This document shows positions 51,104 through 64,000 of a stretch of 64,000 nucleotides of DNA, one piece after another. This DNA is from Podarcis cretensis (Eukaryota). The position numbers were made by a program, and so were the translations under genes. Position 1 is the stretch's first letter, and every line of letters begins with the position of its first letter. The stretch covers positions 47,926,001 through 47,990,000 of the forward strand of contig OX638163.1 of NCBI GenBank assembly GCA_951804945.1, in the 5' to 3' direction. The notes under the pieces were generated by a model that saw nothing but the letters and a program-made list of their open reading frames with translations, searched no databases and had not been told where the DNA came from.

Positions 51104-51984
51104 TAGTCCTCAGTGAACACCACAGAGAACACTAGAGAAAGCAGTACAGTCTTAGGCTGCATGTGATTTTTGGTTAAAGACCAAACTTCAGTGCCACCTG
51201 TCGACTACGTCTTCCATGATCCCAATTTGGACATCTTTGGATACTAGAGATCGCAGGGTCAATCCCAAATGGCTTCTCTGGGGAGGACTGAAATCCTGGA
51301 TAGCTGCTGTCAGCAAGTGTGGACAGCATTGAGCTAGATGGACCAAGCATCTGACTTAGCATAAGGTGGTTTCCTGTGCTGCTCTGTAGCTAGACCAAAG
51401 ATTGCCAACAGCAGCAAACACCACAAGTTGCTCTGCCCCTTTCCCCCTGTTTTTGGTAATAGATGGTAATGAACAAAGCACTTGTCAATTGCTGGTATCT
51501 TGTTATTATTTGGAAGCTGGCTCGTTTTTCTAGTATTAATTTGTGGTGTTGCAGACATTAATCTAGGAAAAACTGCCTATCTCATTTTGGAAGCTATATC
51601 TAGGAAAATAGTTGGTTCTTAATTTGCTTGAGGGTGTGGGGAGGTTAGTAATACTTGGTTCCAGTACTCTGGGAAGTTATATGGTCTTGTTAATGTGTCA
51701 AATGGTTTGGTCAGAATAGGAACCTACCAATGAACATTACATTCAAACACTTCCCAGAGGTCTTGCCTTTTTACAGTCACCTTTATATCAATCTCCTATT
51801 CAGTTACAGACTCCTTAAAAGGGAACTTATAAGAACATAACGATGCATCTGCTGAATCAGGCCAGTACAATCTGTGTTGCGGTTCTTTAAGGTGCCGATT
51901 TAAGCTTGCATAGCAATCACTCTTCTGTATTTTATTGAAACCTGAGTTTTTTGGGGATGGCTGTAGAAGTAAAGTAACAGGCAA

Positions 51985-52029
<45 letters not shown>
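51985..52029. repeat. (ATT)n microsatellite
   Basis: Direct reading. Confidence 0.9.
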
Positions 52030-52032
<3 letters not shown>

Positions 52033-55000
52033 ACGCCCTATACCCAGAGGTCTCAGGCCGGTTTACAGAATAATATCTACTCTCTATCCACCTTCCCAGC
52101 ACTCTTATCTTGTTCCCACTCATGTAAGCATCTTTATTCAAAACTATTATAACTAGTGACAAATGGAATCTGTGATATAGACACAGGTCTCTCAACAGGC
52201 TACCCAATGAAGTGAATTTCCCAGGATGGGTTTGATCACAAAGCAATGCTATAGAGGGGTATATTAAGCCCTTCCCAAGGATCACACAATAATTAGGCAG
52301 ACATCTAATTTAAAATGCAAATATTCAATATGCATTTATGAAGTTGTACCCTGCCTCTTTGGCATTCTGAAAATATATTTATTTTCTCTGAAGGAATCCC
52401 ATCATCAGGACCTCTTACCCAGTTAGAATCTGTTCATGTTTCCTTTTTCTGCAATATGTAGTACTGATAGAACCATAGCTGTCAACTTACAGATTTGAAA
52501 ATAAGGGACCAGCAGCCAAAGTAAGGGATTTTAGGCTACCAGTTGAAATATGAAGTTAAAAGGGACCAGATAATTTTGGAGAGCAAAATTAGGGAGGGAG
52601 GGAGAGGAGCTGCTTCCTTTGAAACCCGGGAAATTTAAGGGACATGGCACAGAAGACTCTGACATGTGCCAGAGGATGTTGCTTCTGGGAAATGAATTAC
52701 TGGAATTTTTGCAATATTGATCCTGCCCACTTTCACCTTACTCTGGCAAACTGCTATGAGGTTGGTAGACTGTCAGAGTGAGAATCCTTCTGCTTTATTT
52801 TTTGTAGGAGAGAACACAATTTGAATTTCTCAAAAAGCGTTTCTCCAAATATTCTCCATGCTGAAGTCTGGAGCATGGTAGGAGTGCTGCCACTCAAATC
52901 CCCTCGGCCTTTGTGTGATGAGTTTTCTTGTCGGTTATTTTCCATCTCCCCTTGCTTCTCTTCCTTCCCTCTCTACACCATGTCTCCTTGTCTGCCTGAA
53001 CCTCCTACACCACACAGCCTCTTAAGTTCAGTCATATTTACTATCCCTTTGCTTAATACTAGTTGCAGGTATTCCACTGTCAGTTTCACCCTCAGCAGCA
53101 TGTGGAATGTTTATGAACATTCCATCACATTGCAGCATCACAGAGAAGAGCTGGAGGGGACAGGGCTCTTCCCATCTCAAAAATTACTCCAGGCTAATTT
53201 TCGTATAGTGTGAGGTTCTCCTATCAGCATGGTGGTTCTGACCAGGGTTGATGAAAGTTGGACTCCAAAACACTGGGAGAACAGCATTTGGGGAGGCTGC
53301 TATAGGAATTCGCCTGTCCTTATCTCTTATTTTCACCCCGCCATCCCCAAATCTCTCAAGAATTAACTCCTAATGGTCCTCATTGCCACATCCTCCTTCC
53401 CAGGACAGTTCAAAAAATGCAATTGAGCAAAAGTGCAGACTAACCAATTCACTAGGATAGACTGACAATCATAGAATAGCTGTGTATTGAATAAGTTCAG
53501 CTTAAAATAAATAAATGTGTCTCTATTAAAAAAAAAATTCAGTTAGCAGAAATGCAACCTTTAGCTATTAAAGGCTAAAGAAAGACCAAAAATCTTGCAA
53601 AGACACATGAAGCAGAAACCCCAACAAAGAAAAGGATATACAAATCTAACCTCTGCTTGATTCTTCTCCTCATTCTCCAACCTCCCATATGCTAATCTGT
53701 CACAAGCAATGATGAGACCTGAAAGTCTCATTCTCACCTCATTCCTTTGCAAGGTGGGCTCGTCTGTTACCCTGGTGCCCCAGTGGATGTTGCTATCACA
53801 TTCCTGCTCTGGAAAGAGTCCCAGAGCTGTGCTCCCCTATATTTCCCCCCTTTCTTAAATCAAAGCCATGCATTAGCCAGGTGGAGAAGTCAGGGAAGAA
53901 ATAGGACAGTTAACTGCTAAGGGGCTGCTTAGGTTCAATTTTTAAAAAGAACTGAAAGCGGCCCTATTTTTTCAGCACTCTCAAGGGAACTGATTTAACT
54001 AATTGGGGGTGGAGGCTGTGGTTTTCCTGATAGCATTGGACTCCAATTTCCATCAGCACCTGTGAGCATCGCTAATCATCAGGGGTTATGGGAGTAGTAC
54101 TCTAATAACATCTGAATGGCCACAGGTTCCCCACCCTTGCAGAAAGTGTTGCTCATGTGTGAAGGCACATGCTGTGTTGTTGCAAAGAGACTGCACATTC
54201 TACCTTCTCCTCGGAAGGACAGATCTAGGTTGGGTTCACTGTGGCACAGATGTAGAACAGGACTCTTTTCTGTTCAGCTGAAAAGGGGCTTCCCTGATTA
54301 GCTTTCTTGCAGAAATGTTTTTGGCACTGCCCCCGTGTTAACATGCTATCTTGCTCATTGCACAGATTATTTGAACAACAATTTCAGTGTCAAGTCTCAA
54401 GTAACTGCTGCCCCTGATAGCAGGAGCATTGGAGGTGAGAAAATGAATATTGATCTTGGCACAAAGCTCGCAGAGGCTGCAGCTCTGCAAAGATGTGCTG
54501 TGCAATGTCTCTTGGAGAGGACCTGTGTCATGAGGTGCATGTTCAGAGAACTCTTTCAGGGCTCGCACCAATGCTTAAGTCCATGCCTGTGCATGCACAT
54601 GTGTGTCTGTGCGCACACCTGCCTATCTGAGCAGCACAACAACCCTGAGATCCTCTTAAAACCACTTGGATCTGAAACACACCCATGTACAAATGTTGCT
54701 TTCCTGCTGGTTCTCTGACATGATCTACAATGACAAGACTCTTCAGTTGCATGTGCAAAGTGTGTGGAACCTTTCGCAGCCTGAGGGTCTTGTTCCCTTT
54801 CCAGGAACCATATGCCAGTGGTGGGCAGGACCAGAGGCAAAAGTGGGTGGAGCAAGAAATGTAAATCTTACCTTTGTACAGGAGGTTAGTGGTGCATGGG
54901 GTGCTAGGAGAAGGGTAGTACCTCTGGTGGGGGACTCATGGTGCTCTTTCTGGGGTAGTTCATCCCTGCACTCAGCTCTCACCTGGGGCTCCTAGAAGCT

Positions 55001-55080
55001 GTCAGCATGTCGCAGTGGTCACAATCCTGGGAAACGGCTTGGATTGGCCAAGTAGACAAGGTGAGGGCAGCCAATGCTTC

Positions 55081-55174
55081 TCAAAGCCCCAGCCCAGAAT
55101 GTGGAGGCCATGTTTTCAAGGTTTGTGGTCATAACTTCAAGCTGCTCTCATGGAAACTGACCTGACCGCTAGAG
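55081..55174 (+). repeat. Left copy of 94-bp L1 target-site duplication
   Basis: Matches 61271-61364 at 90 of 94 positions. Confidence 0.9.
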
Positions 55175-56112
55175 GGACTTCTGGGTTGGCGCCTCCGGTA
55201 ATGGCAGAATTCCTCTGATCGGGAGGAATTTGCCCCATGGGAATTGGGTCTGGCTGCCATGGCGAAGGCGGAGACCCGCAAAAAAATCACAGGTGGGAGA
55301 AGCCTGTGAGCATGGGATTCGGTGGGCACCTTTTGCGCCTCCCTTACTCACGGGGAAACCCAGTTTCGGGGGTCCAGAGCGACGTGAGGTGAGCGGCGCG
55401 GTGCTTTGAATCGACTGCTTCTTCCACGGAGCGAAGCCGCATAGCTGTTGCCAGAGAGCACTGACTTTTTTCTGTGTACAATTTGAATCTAAAGTAACTA
55501 CCCGTGAGTATAGTTGAGGCGGCAGAACTAGATTTTTAAAAGTTTAACTTGGTATCGTAACGGGGAGGTTCAATACAGGAAGTCCACCTTCCCCTTTTGT
55601 AAATAGACTGAAGCAATGAGGCTGCAAGTTGAAGTCTTGGAAAGCCTATTGTAAAAGATTGAATCTCCATCTGTAAAGAACATTAAATCCCCCACCCCTT
55701 GGAGGCAGGAGAAGAGGGGGGGGAGAGTTGTGGACTAAATACGCCTGCAGAAGAGAGCGAAGAGTGTTAAAATACCGCCGCTCGGACCCTGGAAATGGGC
55801 TGCTAGCAGGACTGACGCTTTTTGACAGCACTTAGAACGTTTATTGACAGTTAGCTACAAGAGAAATACATTGTTTCTACTGTCTCCGGTTGCTTTTAAA
55901 AAGAAGTAAAAGTAACTGAAAATTGATACCAACTTCGGATTCTTTGAACTGCGCTTAAAAGAGGACACTATTGATTAATACAAATTGAAACTGTTTTCCC
56001 CTAGTGGAAGCCTTTGAGACTGGTTGTTTTATAAGAGCTGGGCTAGGGGAATTTCCAGCTGCAAGATAAAAAACTGTGAGACTCTGGGACTGACCTTGAA
56101 TTCTTAAGTGTT

Positions 56113-57634
56113 ATGGCAAATGGAAAGGAAAAAACAGACCAGCAAACCGCAGAAAAAATATTAAGGTCTGGGAGGACTTTGCAGCAACCCAGGAGAGGTT
56201 CAACACCAGGTCTCCCTGCTTCTTCTGCGGCTACTTCTGTATCAGTTCACTCAAAATCAAGAGGAATGTCGACAGAAGAAACCTTGGCGATTGCATTAAG
56301 TAAGATAAATGATTCACTGGAACAGCTTAACAAGAAAACAGACACGATAAATGTGAAAGTGGATGCTGCAACTACTAAAATTGATTTAAATACAGAAAGT
56401 ATAAATGATCTGGGACAAAAGGTGAATATCAATACAGAAACCATCCAGAAATTGATACAGGAATCTACTTTGATACGGCAGACTGCGGAAGAAGCCAGGG
56501 TGAAAGCTGTTGCTGCTGAATGTAAAGTAATAGAACTTGAGACAGAGAGAGTCCCAGCCCTACAGAGGAAACTTGAGGAACATAAGTTGACACTTGCTAT
56601 GATTGAACTTAAAGAAAAACAGACGAATTTGAGGATCAGAGCCCTACCTGAATTTGAGAAGGAAAGTTTGACAGATTTTCTCACACAGGAATTTGCTGAC
56701 TTTTGGGACTTGGATTTTGGCCAAGAAGAGTTTAGAATTGTGAGGGCCTTTAGACTTGGAAGAGGAGGGAAAAAAGAGAAGAACAGAATAAGAGATTGCT
56801 TGATTACCCTTCGAACGAAAGAAGAGAGAGATAGAATATTGGGCTGGCACTATCAGAAGAACCTAGAAGTACAATGGTCAAGAGTGTAGCTTCATTTGGT
56901 GCATAAATACCTACAATTAGGAATTTCTCTCCTTGTGATTGAATTTCAATTGCAATGAATCTTCCTTGGTCATCTTTAAATATGAATTTCGGTGATAGGC
57001 TCTCCTTTGCATAAAGGGCCACTCCTCTTTTTTTAACTTTATCTGATGAAATAAATTCTTGGCCCAGTCTTTTATTACTCAATATCTTCCTATGTAGCCT
57101 TATCACATGTGTTTCTTGTAAGCAAATCAAGTCCAAATGTTCTTTTTTCAATAAATGAAAGACTCTCTGCCTTTTTTCCGGGGAATTCAGTCCATTCACA
57201 TTCCAGCTCAAAACCTGCAAGAGTGGAAATTTTTAAAGACGTCCCGAAATACCTTTTGGATCTAAGGTCTAACTATAGAGATCTGGTAGCCCTGCTGAGA
57301 AGGAACAAAATTATCTTTAGGTGGGAGTTTCCCCAAGGTCTATCTTTCAGCTTCAAAGGAAGGAAAATAAAAATAAGATCAGTAGAAGATAAAGTTTTTG
57401 GATAAATACGAAGAAGATCTGCAGAAAGGACTTGGAAAAGAGTCAGAAGTAACGGATAGAAGATCACCAGATAGAGGAATAGAGCAAAGAGCATTGGATA
57501 GAGGATCACCAAATAAGGGAATATTGGATATATCAACATTATCCTTTGGACTGGATTGCCCAGTGAACGTGCCACCACTACCACCAACAGAAGAAGAGCA
57601 AGCATTGGGTGCAGTTGGAGGAATATCAGCGTAA
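56113..57634 (+). pseudogene. L1 ORF1 (coiled coil and RRM/CTD), disrupted
   Basis: Heptad-rich N-half, then NLRIRALPE, RAFRLG, IFKDVP and FRWEFPQGL motifs. Interrupted by the inverted insert 56887-57217 and a frameshift near 57395. Confidence 0.88.
56887..57217 (-). pseudogene. Inverted, displaced N-terminal endonuclease segment of the same L1 ORF2
   Basis: Minus-strand peptide QVLSWNVNGLNSPEKR...LICLQETH...GIYAPNE (APE motifs). The same segment is missing at the ORF2 start (57657/57658). Confidence 0.92.
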
Positions 57635-57638
57635 ATAC

Positions 57639-60600
57639 ATGATGGCATTGCAGGTTTCAAGAAGCTACATGATACTTTGATGGACTATATGGACTATAAT
57701 ATGATTTTAATGGGAGACATGAATGGAGTGGTGTCTACAAATATGGACAAGGCACAGAGACAGGTAGTCACCAAAGATTGTAGACTACCTAAAACTTTCT
57801 TTGACATGACTGATAATATGGATTTAGTTGACATTTGGAGAGTGAAGAACCCAATGGGAAGAGAGGGAACTTTCTTCTCTGAGGCAAAAATGACATGGAC
57901 AAGAATTGATCAAATTTGGGTAACTAGGGGATTGGTTCCGAAGATCAGCAAAGTGGAGATCTGCCTCAAAACTTGTTCTGACCATAATGCTGTGAAGATG
58001 GAAATGAAATTGATGCCAACTAGCTCCTTTAGATGGAGGATGAATGATACATTGTTTAGGAATTAAGAGGTGACCAAGAAGGCCCAAAAAACTCTAAGAG
58101 ACTATTTTGAAATAAATATGAATACTACAGTGGAAAAAAGAGTAATTTGGAACGCAAGCAAAGCAGTTATGAGGGGATTCCTAATACAACAGAATGCAAT
58201 TAAGAAGAGAACTCAGAATGAAAAAAAGGATAAAATCCTGGGAAAAATAGAGGAAGGAGAGAAGAAACAGAGCAAAACCAAAGTCACAGGAGATTCTGAA
58301 AGAGATAAAGTTATACCAAGTACAATATACAAAGCTGATGAATCAGGAAATAGAATGGAAGATTAAACAGATGAGGCAAAAGACATTTGAATCGGCAAAT
58401 AAGTGTGGAAAATTATTAGCCTGGCAAATGAAAAAAAGACAAAAACTAAATACTATTACGAATTTGGAAGTGGAAGGAAAGAATATACAGAACCCAGTGG
58501 AGATCAGGAAGTGTTTTCAGAGATATTTTAAACAACTTTATACACAGGAGAAGCAGAAAGAAATGGACGTTGATCGATTTTTGAAAATAAATGGACTACA
58601 CAAAATCTCCCAGGAAAAACAGCTAATGTTGAATTACAAAATAATGGATCAGGAGGTGGAAGGGGCTATCCAGAACATGCAATTAGGTAAATCTCCAGGA
58701 CCAGATGGTTTGACTTCAAGATATTACAGATCTTTGAAAGAATGGCTAATACAACCATTGAAGGAAGTCTGCAATGAAATATTGGAAGGGAGAAAGGCAC
58801 CAGAGTCGTGGAAGGAAGCTTAAATTACACTTATACCAAAAACAGAGACTGAAAAGACACAGCTTAAGAATTACCGCCCCATATCGCTGCTTAATGTGGA
58901 TTACAAAATTTTCGCAGATATTTTGGCTAAAATATTTAAAAAGGTGTTAGTAGAAGAAATTCATAAAGAGGAAGCGGGCTTTCTCCCGGGCAGACACTTG
59001 TCTGACAACACGAGGAATATAATTAATATCCTAGAAAAATTACAAGTGAATATCAATATCAAGGCAGTTTTGATATTTGTAGACGCAGAGAAAGCCTTTG
59101 ACAACATTTCTTAGAGTTTCATGAAGAAGAATCTACAGGGAATTGGGGTAGGCCAAGGTTTTGAAAATGGTATAGGTGCAATTTACTCACAACAAAAGGC
59201 AAAACTAATTGTGAACAATGTGGTGACAGAAGAGTTTAAGATTGAGAAAGGGACACGACAAGGTTGCCCAATCTCTCCATTGCTCTTTATATCGGTCCTT
59301 GAGGTTTTGTTAAATATGATTAGAAAGGACCAAGAGAAAAGTTTCAGGAAGAGACAGGATTAACATTGGTTAAGAAAGTGAAATATTTAGGGGTTAATAT
59401 GACAGCCAAAAATGTGAATTTATTTAAGGAAAATTATGAAAAATGTTGGACTGAAGTGAAAAAGGATTTAGAAATATCATTGTTAGGCCGAATTGCTGTG
59501 ATAAAAATGAATGTGCTGCCAAGGATGTTGTTTTTGTTTCAAACATTGCAAATTTTGGATAAGATGGATTGTTTCAAGAAGTGGCAGAAAGATATTTCCA
59601 GATTTGTTTGGCAGGGCAAGAAACCTCGAATAAAATTTAAGATATTAACTGATGCTAAAGAAAGAGGTGGATTTGCCCTGCCAGACCTTAAACTATATTA
59701 TGAATCAGCTGCTCTTTGCTGGCTGAGAGAATGGCTGCTTCTTGAAAACACTGATGTGTTGGACTTAGAAGGTTCTAATAATGTATTTGGTTGGCATGCA
59801 TATTTGTGGTATGATAAGGTAAAAGCACACAAGGCGTTTAAAAATCATATTGTTAGGAAAGCATTGTTTAATGTTTGGATAAGATATAAGGATTTGTTAG
59901 AAAAGAAAACCCCAAGATGGTTGTCACCAATGGAAGCGAAGGCACAGAAAAAACTCAATATGGAGGCCAAATGGCCGAAATATTGGGAAATTTTGGAACA
60001 AGATGGAGACAGACTAAAATTGCAGAGTTTTGAAAAATTGAAAAATAAAGTGCGAGATTGGCTTCATTATTATCAAATAATGGAGGCATATAATTCGGAC
60101 AAAAAAGTTGGCTTCCAGGTGGAAAAATCAATATTGGAAACAGAATTGTTGGATCCAAAAACTAAGCATTTGTCAAGAATGTATAACTTGTTGCTGAAAT
60201 GGAACACTCAAGATGAAATGGTGAAATCAGTTATGATTAAATGGGCACAAGATGCTGGACATAACATAATGATGGCTGACTGGGAACAGTTATGGACCAC
60301 AGGTATGAAATTTACGGCATGTAATGCCCTAAGAGAAAATTTAATGAAAATGATTTACAGGTGGTACATGACAGCAGTCAAGCTTGCAAAAATTTACCAT
60401 TTGCCCGATAATAAATGTTGGAAATGTAATGAGATTGAAGGTACATTCTTTCACCTTTGGTGGACATGCCCAAGGATTAAGACATTCTGGGAGATGATTT
60501 ATAATGAAATGAAAAAGGTATTTAAATATACCTTCCTGAAGAAACCAGAGGCCTTTCTCCTGGGCATGGTCGGCCAATTGGTGCCAAAGAAAGATAGAAC

Positions 60601-60823
60601 ATTTTTCATGTATGCAACAACAGCAGCAAGAATACTCATCGCAAAATCTTAGAAGACACAAGATTTACCCACCCGGGAAGAATGGCAGATGAAGTTGATA
60701 GACTACATGGAATTGGCGGAAATGACTGGCAGAATCCGAGACCAGGGAGAAGAGTCGGTGGAAGAAGACTGGAAAAAGTTTAAAGATTATTTACGGAATT
60801 ACTGTAAAATTAATGAATGTTAG
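57639..60823 (+). pseudogene. L1 ORF2 (APE endonuclease, reverse transcriptase, CCHC), with stops, frameshifts and deletions
   Basis: Motifs MGDMN, SDHNAV, GKSPGPDG, DAEKAFD, GTRQGCPISPLLF, YLGV and CWKC...HLWWTC. Premature stops end at 58066, 58823, 59114 and 60652. Confidence 0.93.
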
Positions 60824-61140
60824 GAAAATGTTGGAATGAAGTTATATGGCTTTAGTAGAAATGTTATAAGGAATTAAGGATAAATAGATTAATAGAGTAT
60901 TAAAGGAAAAATAAGGTTAGAATGTGTTAAGATAACTATAAGATTAAAAATAGAGGAAGATGGAAAGGAATTGCTGAAAAAATTAATAGAAGTGGAATAC
61001 AAAAAGGGAGGTGTGAGGAGGTCGCGGAAACAAGTAAATGAAAGATAAGTTATTGAAAGTATTTGATGTGTTTTAAATTGTGTTTGTTTTGTTTTGTTAG
61101 TTTAATGTTAGTGTTTTGTTAGTGTAATGTAGTGGTTTTT

Positions 61141-61205
61141 TTGTATTGTATTGTATTGTATTGTATTGTATTGTGTTGTATTGTGTTGTATTGTGTTGTA
61201 TTGTA
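61141..61205. repeat. (TTGTA/TTGTG)n pentamer repeat in the L1 3' UTR
   Basis: Direct reading. Confidence 0.85.
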
Positions 61206-61270
61206 TGTTTTTTTTCCCTGTAGTGTCTAAATTGTTGGAAAAGGTAATAAATATTATTTTAAAAAAAAAA

Positions 61271-61364
61271 TCAAAGCCCCAGCCCAGAACGTGGAGGCCA
61301 TGTTTTCAAGGTTTGTGGTCATAACTTCGAGCTGCATTCATGGAAACTGACCTGACCGCTAGAG
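61271..61364 (+). repeat. Right copy of 94-bp L1 target-site duplication
   Basis: Starts directly after the poly(A); matches 55081-55174. Confidence 0.9.
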
Positions 61365-62084
61365 CAACAGAGCATCCCTGACTCACAGCCACACCCATGA
61401 GCAGTAGAACCGATGCTCTTCCTGATGCAACCCCCTCCACGCCACAGCTCAGAATGCTCAGCCACTGATGAACTCGGTGAAACAGCACAAGGATAAAAGT
61501 GTGGCTGTTTTTAGCTCTTCCCTTTCTCTTCCAACAAAAGAAGAGGCCAAAGACCTTTATGGAAGCCAGCTGGGATTTCCCCTCTATGGATATGCAGCTT
61601 TGTACCATTAAACATTAAACACTGGAAAGAACCTTTCAGTACTCTTGAAAGCTGAACCACTCCTTGCTGTGCTGAAGCCTGTCCCACCAGACTATTCCAA
61701 AATGTTGTCACTAATGGAAAAAGCAACTGGGGTTGGGATGCAAGCCCTTTAGAAAAAGTAGGGGGGGGAATGGAATCACTTGTTCCTTTCCCCCAAAGCT
61801 AGAAGAATTGGATTGGACTTTTTTTGGGGGGGGGGGGGGATAAGTTGCTCTATCTTGAACTATTTGTCCCATCAAGCACAAGATTACTGTATCCATGTCA
61901 GCCTTCCAGAATTTCGTGCCCTCCAGTTCCCATTAGCCTCGGCCATATCACCAAGGGTCAGGGAAGATGGAAGTTTCAGTCCAGAAATATCTGCAGGGCA
62001 TTTCATTAGTTGCCCCAGTCTAGATTCTTCTGCCTTTTAAAACAGGAGGTACCAAAAGAACCATTTTTTAAAAAATGGCGGGTG

Positions 62085-62650
62085 TCTGATCAAGGCAGAA
62101 TAGAATGGTAATATAACTTCTCTTGAGTTGGACAGTATAGTTCTGTTGATGCAGCTGAGAATCGCATTACCTTTTTTTGCTGCTGCATCACACTGTTGAC
62201 TCATGTTAAGCTTGTGGTCTACTAAGACCTTCAGACCCTTTTATTATATACTTCTGTCAAGCCAGGTGTCCCCCACACTCTATTTGTGTATCTGTCTGGT
62301 TTTTCCTTACATTTGTTCCTATTGAAATTCATTTTGTTATTTTTGGCACAGTTCTCCAGTCTATTAAGATCATCTGGAACCCTGATTCAATCTTCTGATG
62401 TTTTAGTTACTCCTCCCAATTTGGCGTCATCTGTAAATAGAGTATCCCCTCTATTCCTTCATCCAAAAACGCCAGGCCCAGGACAGACCCCATGGCATCC
62501 ACATCACAAGAATGTCATGGAGAACTTTGCTGAAAGCCTTGCTGAAACCAAGATATGCGACATCTGCAGCATTCCTCTGATCCACCAAGTTCTGCCAAAA
62601 GAAGAAAGCTTAGTCTTGCATGACGTGTTTTTGAGAAACCCATGCTGTTT
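62085..62650 (-). mobile_element. Old CR1 RT fragment
   Basis: GCTGCTGCATCACACTGTTGACTCAT and TCCCAATTTGGCGTCATCTG are reverse complements of CR1 RT regions. Confidence 0.65.
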
Positions 62651-62769
62651 AATTATCCATTCTAGGACCTTTCAAGCTGTGTTCTCTTGGTCCTGATTGT
62701 GGAGATCACAGATCACACAATCTTGATTGCACAGAAATATATACACACACAAACACACAGAGAGAGAGC

Positions 62770-62809
<40 letters not shown>

Positions 62810-63967
62810 GTGTTGTTTTCAGTGAACTGGGAGCATTTCCCAGTACCAGGAAAAATATGTAAGGTGGCCACACCTCACTCTTCTCTTTATTGCAGGAAAA
62901 CAGCAGCTCTTAGAACACCAGGGATTCTTATTGTTTGGTATTCAAACAGCTCACTTACCAATCCTAGCTCGGACTTTGGCTAAAAACATTAATAGGGGAG
63001 GGGGAGCAGCAAGACTAGCTCTTTTCATAGAACTAGCATAGGATACCTGCACATTTTGCTTCATAACTTTCTTTCTAGGAAGGCTAGAAACTTTCTTTTT
63101 AAAAATGTAAGTTCAGAGTCTGGGGCCCTGCCTGGAGTTGTCAATGAAGGCTTTCACAAGCATGGGCACCATGTTGGCAAGCCCTGTTCTAGGAAACCAT
63201 ATGTGACATTTAAAATGTGTCTCGTGGAAGATTTCTCATGAAGGAATATGGTCTTTGGGCTGAGAAAGGTCCCCCACCCTTGATATGGCCACAAATCAGT
63301 AACAATGCACCAGCAATGCATTGTGGGGGTCCTAGATTTAATCCCCAGCATTTCCAGTCAGAAGAATAAGATAGCAGGTATTAGAAAAGCCCATTCTTTT
63401 CTGTCAATGTGGTCAGCATAGACCACAATGGTCTGATCTGGCATCTATGCCAACATCCATCTATGCTCTGTGTACCTCCCCATTACTCTTGGAACTACAC
63501 TGCCCCTTTCCCAAATTCCCAAGATGCAAAGGAATTGAGGCGGCAGCATGCTGCAGTGGCTGCAGCCCTGGCAAGAGAGAGATCCATGATTGTTAGTTCC
63601 TTGCTCAAGCCATGAAGTTCCTCTTGGCTTTGTAGTGGTTCTCTCTCAAAGGGTGAGCCACCATCTCAGCTGCTCACTGCCTACCAAGTTGTGGACTACC
63701 ACCATCACCTGACTCCTGAACACGAGGCAGGACACAGGAAGGTTTCAGCAGGGACAGTGTAGAAGAGACATTTATTGCCCTAATCTATAAGCCAAGGGTT
63801 CACAAACTGTGGTTTGTGGGCCGCCAGTCCCTGCGTTTCATTCAAGGTAGTCTACGGCGTGGCTTGGGCTGTGTGGTTGAAGATGAGATGACGCATCCAT
63901 CACATTAAATATCCATATTGATTTTAACTGAATTTTATTTGTATTTCTTCTGTCGTGTTTTATCATA

Positions 63968-64000
63968 CAGCAGTACCTCGGGATGCGAACGGGATCCATT
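63968..64000. mobile_element. Start of a Tc1/mariner MITE (runs off the window)
   Basis: TA-CAGCAGTACCTCGGG. Confidence 0.55.

Larger units (their letters stand above)
55175..61270 (+). mobile_element. Full-length, inactivated L1-clade LINE (about 6.1 kb)
   Basis: CpG-rich 5' UTR starting GGACTTCTGG, then ORF1, ORF2 (APE, RT, CCHC knuckle), 3' UTR and poly(A) at 61261-61270. Flanked by a 94-bp direct repeat. Confidence 0.95.

Overview
Vertebrate genomic DNA, almost certainly from a squamate. Sauria SINEs, Squam3-type SINEs and squamate CR1/L1 families point to a lacertid lizard (inference). The window holds one host gene, the serotonin receptor HTR2C on the + strand. It has three coding exons (14933-15320, 43409-43609, 45737-46563) that splice through GT-AG phase-1 introns into a 471-aa 7TM receptor ending in the PDZ motif SSV. 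The rest is transposon-rich intron and flank: a full-length but dead L1 (55175-61270), truncated L1s, young CR1 tails, SINEs, Tc1/mariner and hAT MITEs, solo LTRs, a 5S-derived pseudogene and microsatellites. The main observations are: (1) the full-length L1 has a 94-bp target-site duplication and an internal 'cut, invert and paste' of its own endonuclease segment into ORF1; (2) this HTR2C keeps the INI editing-region peptide but lacks the B-site A, the mammalian alternative splice donor, the SNORD115 match and any visible intronic ECS; (3) tandem RE1/REST-like sites lie in intron 1; (4) two different MITEs sit at the homologous TA of two separate copies of the same hAT-like host element. I found no evidence of a new multi-gene system.
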